Of a stretch of 64,000 bases of DNA, positions 37,301 through 49,300 are shown in pieces (the first letter of the stretch is position 1; every line of letters starts with the position of its first letter). Where the stretch lies: contig CATNEN010000001.1 of NCBI GenBank assembly GCA_950097015.1, positions 19,840,001 through 19,904,000 on the forward strand, read 5' to 3'. The notes beneath the pieces are model-generated. The model was not told the origin of the DNA. It did not search any database and saw nothing but the letters and a program-made list of their open reading frames with translations. The position numbers were made by a program, and so were the translations under genes. The DNA is from Macrostomum hystrix (Eukaryota; Animalia; Platyhelminthes).

Positions 37301-40300
37301 AAAGGAGAGAGGGGTCATGAAGGAAATCAATTTCGACTCTCGGCTCTCTCTCATCATTCAATACTGGGCTGGGGGCGCGGGCAAGAGAAAGAGAGAGGGA
37401 GAGAAGGCGAGGAAAGGCGCGCTTGTGCAAGCCTAACGATGGCTGAGAGAAAACCGATTTAGGGGGGGTGCGGAGGTCCAGCTTTAGCAGCTTTAGAAGA
37501 AGACTTCTAGAGTTCAAGGGAGACCTGTTGATTTTAACTGAGCCAGGGCCAGGAGAGAAGGATGTGGAGGAAAAAAGATAGATAGTCGACAGGGGCGAGG
37601 TGAGATGGAAACGAGTGAAACCAAGAGTCGAGGACAAAGGTAGTCATGTTTTTTCGGAGAAGAATAGGAACCGAGAGAATTGTAGGCTATTAAAGATAAG
37701 ATCACAAAATAACTTTGAACAAGTTGTACAAACGAGGCTCAATATGCTCAGAACTATTCATAATAGAACTTCCAGATAAACAGCGACAACCAAGACCGCT
37801 TATACTCGCAGCAATTGAGCCGCTGTCGCGAGCCAATGTAATACAAAGGACGACAGCGGGCTTATTGACTGGATATATGTGAGACAATTGAGAAATAAGG
37901 CAATGAAGAGATAAGAAAAGATAGAGATGAGACAGGGGAGAGATGAGACACGAGCGAGTTGAGACGGGGGAGAGTTGAGACAGCTTTGCTGCCGGCTGGA
38001 GCTCGCCGACAACCCTGCCATTTCCTGCCGTCTCTAACTAATGAAAAAAAGTTGAGCTCGATTAGAACTGAAATCTCAGGGGATATTATGAGTCGTTCCT
38101 CCCCTGCACCAAACGGAAAGGCAATTTTTTATCGTCCTTGATCATAAAAAAGTACTAATAAATCATTTCTGAAATAGAATGACGCCAATGATGCGTAGAT
38201 ATCCGAAAATTATTGAAAGTAATAAAATATCGGCTTATAATTTTAAAATGATAAAAACTCATTGGCATGAAGTCACGTATTGCTGTAAAGCGCACGCGCC
38301 TAGTCTAATTATATAAGCAATTAGTTCGCGCCGCTTTACTTTTCCATCCACTCAGCAGAGAAATAAACTATAGCTGCTAGCAGCTTACTATTGGAATTAA
38401 GGAAACGGCGCATCTCTTATATAACCCAACGCTTATCAAATAGAAGCCAAATTTATTAACGGGCCAAGGCAAGACTATAGAAACCGGAGAGCTTAAGCCC
38501 CTAGCTTAGACAGGACTCGGAATAGGGATGGAGAGAATGAGGTGGCCAAGTGAATCTAGGATAAATAAGCAAACGGGGATGTGAAGGTTAGGAGCTTATG
38601 CGGGCGAATGTACATGAATGCGCGCGTCAAACACGTATCGCTAATATTAAATTATTCTCTGTAGGCGGAGTACCCAAACAAAATCTTCCTCGAGGGCAGG
38701 CGCAGCCGCCAGCCCAAATTCCAAGTTGCTCTTGGCTCTCTAAGCAAACTATTTCTTTATTTCTCTTGCTCAGCTCTCTCTGTGAGTAAGTGTGAGTCGA
38801 CTTCCCTTAGCTTTGCCCGTTTCTGTTGGAAAAAACTGAGTACACACACACAGCCACTCACGGGCAGTATAAGCAAGGCTGAGGATAGTCCGAGAGGTGC
38901 AGATTATAATCAGGTTTCGCGTCTCTCTTCTCCGCCCACAGCTATCGCAGCTTCTTGGTGGACTGGCACTAAGTCTTCCATTTTATACTTAGCTAAACAG
39001 TTTTTACCAGCTCAACCAAAAAGGAATTTGACGCATTCAGCAGCACAAAGGAAAGCTGTTAAGCAGCATTGTTACTTTTCAGTTCTTTCTTCCTTGTTTT
39101 CCATATTCAATTATTCCTTTGATGAAGCCGCCAGCATATTTTACTTAGCTTATGCCAACCCTTTGCTTTGCAGTCAAAAGTTAAGAGCAAAGCATTAAGA
39201 GCACTGGAGTATGAGGACACACAGATGGCAGGGTTCCTATAGTTAACAAACCAAACGCGCCGACAGATTGAAAGGGAAAGATGAAGGCGGCCAAGAGGAA
39301 GCGGAATTGCTGTGAGGTGCGGCCACACAAGGGGCTGGACGGAGGACGGTGGTCGCCAAAGAAGAGAGCAGAGCAGAACTGTCGGGAGGAGAGCGAGAGC
39401 GAAGAGCAGGCGTAAGGAGCATGAAGGCAGCCTCCCTTGTGGCCCAATCGGGCAAGGCTGAGGTGAGCACATGGCTAGGCCGACGAATAGACTAGGCTTA
39501 AGCACCCCGCATTCAGCTGTCGTTGGCGAGAAAGGGAGGGGATTAATTTATACAACGTGTGGAATAAATACACTGCGCTGGGGTGGACAACGTAACAACG
39601 CAGTCTCCAGTGCACTTCCTGACTTCCTGTGCTGGCACAACACAAGAGAACACAAAGGCGTGCGGATTGGCTGAATCTCTCTCCCTGCGTTGATATTGCT
39701 CAATCCGAAGAAAATAACGCCCTCTGCTAAGCTCTTAAATTCCATGAGGCCAGGCGCCTGACAACCAGGACAGCAAACAGTCCGCTAGCGAGTGAGAAAA
39801 GCGATTGAGAAAAATTGTCTAATTCGGAACAAGGATTACAGGAACACAAGAGAAGCGGCAGCCAATACTTCCTGCCGCGCGCCATACATCACGTATTTGA
39901 AAGGATAAAAGCGGCCAGTGGAAAACTAAATATTGAATCGCTAAAGCAATGCAGTGGTTACTGCTAGCACTGTTGGGCGTTTCACTATGGCTAGTTCAGA
40001 ACTACCTGCCTCAGCGCACTTCAGCCTATTCAATCACGGATGTTGCATCAATTTATTCAGCTAGTGGATCGGATGACCGAGCACGCGAGAAGGCCCGAGA
40101 TGGTACAATGTATGGCGACGTTTATAACTGGGCAGACATGATCCAGAACTACATACAGCAGGTGGCAGCAGACGGGATACAGCGGGATCAGACCCAGATG
40201 CTGTTCGATCAGGCCGAGTATCACTACGAGAAGAAGAACGGTACCAATGTGACTATGCAAGTCAAACAAGAGCTGAGCGCATACTTTCGAAAGAAAAAGG

Positions 40301-43300
40301 AAATAGCGCATCGCATAGCGGAGGCGGCAGCAGAGGCCTATGATAGACACTACAGGGAGGTGAAGAGTGGCCAGAGAAAGATAGCCTCAAGCCTGAGCGC
40401 ACTCAGCTTCGACATCTATCGAGACTCAGATATTCCGCATCGACTTGCCAATTCTGGCATGACGCTGGTGCCGTTCTTCCGACAGAACATCACGTACAAC
40501 TTCTCCACCATCAAGATACCGGACGATGTGCCGCGTGATTTAAACGAGACGATATTCACAGTGGAGTGGACATACGAGCTGGAGCGAATCTTTAACCAAA
40601 CTTATCAAAATGATAGCAGCATTCGATGGCTGTATTTCGGATCTAGTACCGGTGTTACTAGACTCTATCCGGGCAGAGAGTGGAGCTCTAACTTTGTCGG
40701 CTTCTATACAGACTATGATCCAAGAATAAGGCCTTGGTACATTGCGGCCACTAGCGGACCTAAAGATGTCGTGATAATAATTGATTGCAGTGCCAGCATG
40801 GAAGGTGAAAAATTTGGCATTGCTCGATCAGTAGCCAAGGCTGTCATTCGGACACTAACCAAGCAGGACTACATGAACGTGGTCTGCGCCAGAGCCAGTC
40901 ATTGGGACGAGGTTGGTAAATGGCACTACTTTAAATCTGAGGTGCTCAGCTGTCAAGAAACAAAAATGGTACCAGCCACAATTGAGTTCAGAAAGGATCT
41001 CATGGAGAAGATTGACGGATTAAAGCCTGGAGGTACCAGCGAATTGGAGCACGGCTTTCAGATGGCATTCGAATTGCTGAACTCACAGCCCAGAACAGGC
41101 TGTCTATCCATTTTAGTCTTTATAACGGATGGCAAAGATACGGACGGTGAAACAGTTCGCTGCGGTCCGGGCTACTATACGCGCTCTGGATACGTACCTG
41201 GACCGGTGTGTAAGTACAACTGGACGAAGGTTTGGTCCGTAGTTAATGCAACCAATGCTAATAGCAAGCCGCCAGCAAGGATATTTAGCTATCTAATCAA
41301 GGATGATGGTCAGATGTTTCCTGGCGCATTGGCCTGCAATCACAGCGGCAGCCTTAGAAAGCTGGAGGATGGCGAGAATCTAATTTCCCGTATGGGCAAC
41401 TATTTCGACTTCTTGGCTAGGGTGGCGCAGAACTCAAAGGGCCTGTGGACGTCACCGTATATTGACGCATTCGGTTTGGGTACCATGGTGACACATGCCG
41501 TGCCAGTAATTAGTGCGATCGATACCGGCAAGCCGAGAACTATCGGCGTAGTCGGAGTGGATGCCACTCTGGAGGAAATCGAAACCTATGTGACAAGGCG
41601 TCAGTGGGGCTCAGTAACGTCCTTCCTTATCGATAAGGAGGGCCAGACCATCTATCATCCGTTGCTAAAGGGTAGCGCCAACTTAAAAGACGATCCGATA
41701 TTTATACACATACAGAGAATGGAACAGAACAAAAAGAACATTCCCAAGGAGTTTAATAAGGTTACTCAGAAAATGATCAACGGAGAAACTGGCATGATCG
41801 CCATTGAGAATGGCAGGCGAGGTATTTCAAAAGGCGACTATCGGGCTGGCGTCAAATACGAAACGATGCCATTGGAATACTACTTCACCAATATCGAGGA
41901 CTCGGACTATTCTGTCGCCTTCGTGCTGTCAAAAACAGACAAAGTCTACCGAAAGCTAATAGAGCCAACCATTAAATTCGACGAACTGGTGCCAAAGAAC
42001 CGTAGCTACTTCAACCTGCTAATTGAGTACAATAGCAGCACAGTGCTAAAACATTATCCTGAGGTTTTTAAATATCTGGACGTGAAGTACAATATGTCAA
42101 AGAAGTTTCAAAAGCTGCGGATAACCGAGCTGCACTCCAGTATATTCTTTGCGCCAAAGTGCTACTGCGAGCCGCTCAGGTATCTGTTTGACGACGATTT
42201 GGCCAGGAAAACTCTGGATGCACACGAGTACATGAACACCGGCAAGCCGGACATCGGATGCCACAGTCCAGACAGGACTACAGACCATGCCATTTTTGAG
42301 GCTGGCTCCAGGGCTTATGTGCTGGTCACGCAGCCAATTGAAGAGCGCTGGCGAGAAAGGAAATTTAGCTGGATCGACGAAGTTATCTGGACCTATGTGG
42401 GCATGAGAAGCGGCGTATTCCGCACTTATCCAGGACACAGATCTGTGCGGCCCTACGATCCGACAAAGCGGCCCTGGTACAGCCGCACAAAGAGCTCACC
42501 AACAAAGACTTCGATCTCAACACCATATTACGACTCGGCAGGAAGCGGAAAGATTATCACTATCTCACAGGCAGTATTTGAAGGCATGGATAATAAAACA
42601 GAAGGCTGCAATGTCACTGGCAAATCTAAAAAGCCAGGCGGCTGTCCGTGCGAGGAGGGTGAAGAGTGCACGAGCGGCTACTGCTACATCAGCGCGGCCA
42701 ATGCGACAACCAAGGAGATTCAGCAGGGCAAGCGCTGTGCTACAGAGCGCATCGAAGCCATCACCAGTCTAGACCTGGGCTACAACAATTTTCATCGCAA
42801 GGTCTACAATCTGATGCAGGCTTCGGATGGAGTAAAATCCTGCAATGCCGAGTACAAATGCCCCGACGGTACGGCCAACTGCCGAACAGTCTGCTACGTG
42901 TTTGATAATCGAGCCAACGTCATTATGGCGTCCGACTTCATTGAAGCAACCGATTTAGACGAGGGCCGCTACAAAGGTGTCACACTTGGCCAAAAGGAGG
43001 GCGAGGTGATGATGAACCTCGTCTTTCGCCAGAAGCTATTTCAAAGAGACGAATCAGTCGACTTTCAGGGCACCTGCAGTTTCACAGCCGGAGCGCCGCG
43101 AGTGACAATGAACGGCATACCGACAACACCGGAGGAGAGCGACAACCTCTACAAGACCAGAGGCCCGATTCCTGGCTTCTCAAACTCCTACGGCTGCATT
43201 CAAGATGTGATATCGTTCGAGGTGAACGAAACAGCCCTGGGCAGGAGTCGAATGCTAGTTGGCAACGTGTCTGGCCCCTGCATGCAAGGCTTCTACTATG

Positions 43301-46300
43301 TGACCTCACTTAAGGACACCAATCTGTTCCTATTGGTGATAGAGAACTGGCGCGATCGGAGCAAGCATCCGTTCAATTTCAACTGCCTGCTAACCCGCAA
43401 ACTGGTGGCTTCCGGCGCCTCCAGGATCATCAATGGAACCTGCGCGCACGATCAGAGCGCCGAAGCAGCCCAGAGCGGAGCTTCGGGCAGCGGCGGTGGC
43501 GGCAACAGCGGCGGTGGCTCCGGGGACACCGACGACAAGTCTTGTCCGGCGTTAAACAATGTGACAATAGCGTGCGATTTTAACAATGCGTCACTAAGTC
43601 AGGCCTGGCGGCTAGCGATGCTATTGTTGTGGCTTTTAGTACATCTGGCTCAGTGCTGACACGGATAAAGCTATGTAGCTGAAACTCAAACTATCAGGGG
43701 CCGGCAACTTCTTATTTTTAGTAGAGAGACATAGGCACGTGGGATATATGAGTCGCGGGAGGGATGAGACACGAAATAGGTGAGACAGGGAAATGACCAC
43801 AAACAGGTGGTGAATATGCATGTGAACCTTCCAATTAACTAACAGCCATCGGTTCTCACTTTACCACAAATGTACAAAACAACTGGGGAACAAGGCACCA
43901 CTAACAGCAGAACAGCGGACAGGTTCTCATGGAAGACAAACAACCCAAGAAATAGAAGGGACAGTGATAAAAACAACAAGCACGAATTTTCGTACACTCT
44001 GCGTGACATTCCAAATGCCTAGACCTAAAATTGTGTCATCAGCAGAGATTTAGTTCTTTCAGTACGGCAAAAAACTACATAGCGTAGTTGGCTATGTAGA
44101 CCCAAGCATCATATTTAATATCCTACAGCCTGTGAACTATAAAAAATCGTCATTTACATTACGAGAGTAAAATACTTCTTTTCGACTAGCATTGATTAGA
44201 TTTTTGTACTTTGAGCACTTTTCAAACCTAAGCCACCTCATGCAATCCGATTGACATACTCATCATGGTTGCTTGCAGTTATTAGATAACAATATAAAAA
44301 CGGACTAACTTATGAAAAAAAAGTTATAATCCAATTTTAATAACTATTTTCCTATTACTACATCCGTATTGAATTGTAACAGAGTTCTTACTATAGCGAC
44401 AACAGTAAGTACGACTGTACCAACAGTAGTTTGTACAGACAGCTATTTTGCACATAACAGGGATCGGAAAAACTAAATGCCAAAAAGAAAATCTAGAGAG
44501 CACAGTGGGCCGTGTCGAGAACAGATGAGAAAGTTGAGAGGTGACGCAGGTGAGAGATAATACGAGTATAAAGGAGAGTTGAGACGCATGAGAGACTATA
44601 AAGAGGGGAGACGAGATAGAGGAGAGATGTGATAGGGAGAGGTAATAGAAGAGATGTGATAGGAGAGATGTGATAGGAGAGATGTGATATTGGGGAGAGA
44701 TAAGACAGGGAGAGATGTGAAAATGAGATATGGAGATATGTATAGTGAGAAATGAGATAGGGAGAGCTATGATAGGGAGAAATGAGATAGGGAGAGCTAT
44801 GATAGTGAGAAATGAGATAGGGAGAGCTATGATAGTGAGAAATGAGATAGGGAGAGCTATGATAGTGAGAAATGAGATAGGGAGAGCTATGATAGTGAGA
44901 AATGAGATAGGGAGAGCTATGATAGTGAGAAATGAGATAAGGAGAGCTATGATAGGGAGAAATGAGATAGGGAGAGCTATGATAGGGAGAAATGAGATAG
45001 GGAGAGCTATGATAGTGAGAAATGAGATAGGGAGAGCTATGATAGTGAGAAATGAGATAGGGAGAGCTATGATAGTGAGAAATGAGATAAGGAGAGCTAT
45101 GATAGGGAGAAATGAGATAGGGAGAGCTATTATAGGGAGAAATGAGATAGGGAGAGATGTGATAGGGAGATGTGATAGGGAGAGATGTGATAGGGAGATG
45201 TGATAGGGAGAGATGTGATAGGGAGAGATGTGATAGGGAGATGTCATATAGGGGAGAGATGTGATAGGGAGATGTGATATAGGGGAGAGATGTGATAGGG
45301 AGATGTGATAGGGAGAGATGTGATAGGGAGATGTCATATAGGGGAGAGATGTGATAGGGAGATGTGATATAGGGGAGAGATGTGATAGGGAGAGATGTGA
45401 TAGGGAGAGATGTGATGGGGAGAGATGTGATAGGGAGATGTGATATAGGGGAGAGACGTGATAGGGAGAGATGTGATAGGGAGATGTCATATAGGGGAGA
45501 GATCTGATTGGGAGAGATGTGATAGGGAGAGATGTGATAGGGAGAGATGTGATAGGAAGAGATGTGATAGGGAGAGATGTGATAGGGAGATGTGATATAG
45601 GGGAGAGATGTGATAGGGAGAGATGTGATAGGGAGAGATGAGACAGGTAGAAGCGTGGGCTGGGTCACTGGTAGTGTAAAGCCCATAGACAGACAAACCT
45701 CTTCCTCGCTGAAGCCCTCCACCTGAGCGGTGGTGACGGCCTCGATCTTGTCCATCATGGTCATGAGGCGCTGCCAGGCCAAGTTGTCCCACAGGGCAGC
45801 GAAGGAGCCCTTGGCGGCCAGGTGTTGCCGCGGACCCAGACGGTCAAGAGCCGCCTGATAAGTTTGCATCGCGGAGTCGTGAAGTTGAATCTCCGCCCAG
45901 CTGACTGTGGGCGGCTGATGCGATGAGCCGGCGGCTGCGGCCTGCTCGCGCTGTCTGGCCTGAGCTCGTCTGACTCTGCTGTGCCGGCATTCGTTCAGGG
46001 CGCGAAGCAGCAGGGCCTGATTGGCTAGCAGGTACACGGCATCCTCGGTCGCCTGCTGACCAGACTGCTGCTGCTGCTGCTGTTGCACCTGACATTTTCA
46101 AATTCAAGCAATTAGGAAGGGATGTGACAATCCTCCTTGAGCATATTGAAAACCTGACTAATGTAATCGGTTTGTCAAATAGCCAACTAAATTAAATCAC
46201 TTTTGATATCCACTTCATATTTGTTGATCTAGTCACCTTACATGAGACCTTGTCAAGCCAGTCAATATCAGATCTAGTCACTCTACATCAGATCTAGTCA

Positions 46301-49300
46301 CTCTACATCAGATCTAGTCACTCTACATCAGATCTAGTCACTCTGTTTAAGATCTTGTCACTCAGTTTAAGATCTTGTCACTCAGTTTAAGATCTAGTCA
46401 CTCTGTTTAAGATCTAGTCACTCTGTTTAAGATCTAGTCACTCTGTTTAAGATCTAGTCACTCTGTATAAGATCTAGTCACCCTATATCAGGTATATCAG
46501 ACCTGTTTGAGCGCATCCAGTGCAGATTCTAGTCGCTTCTCCAGCTGCAGACTGTCACGGAGAGGCTCGCCGACCTCAGTGTCAGCCATGGCGTGCTTCA
46601 CTTCAACCAGAGTCCTCAGCGCCCACTCGTTGACAGCTCCGGCCAGGCTGTCCCTCAGCCGATGCAGCCGCTGTCGCCTGCTGGCACTGGAGCCGCTAGT
46701 CAGCGTCGACTTATCGCACAGCCAACGATACAGCCAGACAATTTCGTCGAGACAGTCGGCATTAGGAGCGGACTGGTTGTCTAACCAGTTAGTCAGGGTG
46801 ACATACACCCGACCAATGGGCAGTTTGACATCGCCAACAAACTGAAGGTGCTCCTCAATCAGGTGAATAGCTTCCAGGAATATCTGTATCAGCCTGCTGT
46901 CAACTGTGTCTGAGCTGGCCGCGGACAGGGCGACAGATGTGTCGGATGCATCGGCGGGTGACGGCTTGTCAGATCGGTAGGCCTGCATCATGGCGTCTGC
47001 TGACTGCTCCACAACCTGACAATGTTAGCAGTTAGACCTCTACCTATATAATAATCCCATTAGCATTGTCACGAGGCCCATCATTTGGTGACAGAAGATC
47101 CGCAGACAGCAAGGAGGCAATTTTACCTGAATCTCCAAAGCTGTGAGCTCGGGTGACTTGGCAGCAGGACCAGTCAAGGCTGAGGCCAATCCAATAGCAG
47201 CAGCAGCTACTCGATAGCAGTTTAGCAACAGACTGTCTCTGCTGCTTTCACCTGCGTCGATTTTCTTGTCTTTAGACTCGCCTTCAGCTGCTAGAGCTTC
47301 AACAACCTGTAGGCAGGACTTGGCAACCACAGTCAGAGCTGCGACTAATTCAGACGAGTGACTGGACGCCGGGGAAGGCGTCACAGCAACAGTTGACGAT
47401 GATGGCAGAGGAATAGCAACGTTGGACTTGGCCATCGGGATACTGTCCAGGTCTGTGAGAAGCTCGCTAGCGCTGCGGCGGAGGGTGGGAATGACAGATT
47501 GTGCGAAAATTTCTGCTTGCTTGCAAATCAGCGCTCATTGCAACTACTGTAAGTAGAAACACAAGAATGTATCTTTATTGTAAATAAATCCCATATCTAC
47601 ACAAAGCTGTAATTACTGAACAATGACAAAAAATAATAAATATCACCTGATCATTGACCCACACAGAATGATGGAAACCCACTGATCATCGAGTGCTCAA
47701 ACCTGCTCATCGCAGTGTCAGCCAGCCCTGGCAACAACCGGACAGCGGCTACAGCGTGCCGCAGGGAAGCTTCCGCTCGAGTCAGCGGCGAGAGCGCATC
47801 TGGCTCGTCCGCGTTGCTATCCTCGTCTTCGACTGGGTCCTCGAAGTCGGCTTCCTCTGGCGAGGTCTGCTCTTCGGTTTCGGCGACAGATTCTGAAGCT
47901 TCCTCAACATCGTCGGTAACGTCGTTGGTGCGCTGAGATGACGCTCTAGAGGCCGAAGCTCCGGCTGCTGAAGAGCCACTGGCGGCAGCAGTGGCAGCCA
48001 CAGCCAGACTGTCCATCAGCTGGCGCAGATCCATGGAGGTCACAGCGTTGGAGGCGACCAGAAGCTGCCGATGCGGCCGACGGTGAGCATGATGATGGGG
48101 ACGCTTCGACAGCTTCTGAAGAGCCTGCTGCTGCTGCTGCTGCTGGCGCTGCTGCTGCTGGCGCTGCTTCTGCGTCTCCAGCCGCTCCTTCTGCTCGTCC
48201 ATGAGCAGCAGCTCAGACAGAAGCAGATTGCAGGAGGCCAGGACGCCGCGATGCTGAGCAGACTGATTTAGCAGCTGAAGTGAGCAGGCCAGCAGTCGGC
48301 GCAGTCGGCCTCGCTCCCGCACACTCAGCCGGCCTCGAGTCTCGGTATTGTCGAAGCAGCTGCGAGCAACACGATAGCACAGCATACCTACTGGAGTAGC
48401 AAACGGGTTGTTGCTATCCGATGCTGACGACGATGCCTCGGAGCTGGGTGACTGCGGGCTCGGGCCGCCGCCGCCATCCGAACCAGGCTCTTGACAGAGG
48501 CTGGTCAAATCGTACAGTTTTACTATGTCGCTGTTGGGCGCCTGGGAAGGTTGGCAAGATTTTTTCAAATCTAAGGTAATAACAGCTTAGGTATCTAACT
48601 TGGGAAGTATGACACTTACGAGTACTTGCCGAAGCCTGCTTTTAAGAAGTTGGATTCAAACTTTCGAACTAACCCTTAGAGTTTAAAACAAAGGATTTAG
48701 TGTACACAATTAGCAGTATCTATTGTGGTAGTTTCTGATTTTAGCGCCATTCAACAGATATGTTAATTATAGTAATTCTAAAACCATTGGCAGAGCTAAG
48801 AGCTAACTAAGAACTACAAGACGAATTTCTGTCTACATCGAAAATATTATTAAGCATGCCGAGCCTTTACTGTTTAAATTTTGAAGTCGACTTGGACTTG
48901 CACGAGTACTAGTACAGTGGCATTGTACTTGTCATATATTTCGGCAGGCAAACTCTTTGCAAGCAGACTTCGGTCAGCGGTTAACGCGTTTGCCTCTCGT
49001 TACCAAGGTCCCGGAGTTCGATTCCGCGGCGAGGCACATTTATTAGGCTTGGGGGCTTGTCATGCTTGAGGGCCAACCTCCAAGCCACAGTGAGAGTGTA
49101 GACTGCCTGACGATGAGAAAGTCTGTGAATATGTACACGCCTGTGTGCGCGTGTGCCTGCGTACAGTATCTGTGTGCGTGTGTGCTCAGGAGTCAGCGAA
49201 ATGGGCAGAATTGCCTCCTCGCTGGCTGCGGGTCTAGTGTCACCAAATGATGTGCCGAAACAGGATTGAAATTTGGATGGGAGTTGCGTCAATTGATTAA

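Noticed and set aside
36900-39620. LTR-like GC/purine-rich segments in the EDRF1 intron
   Set aside because: I could not define matching termini or target-site duplications.
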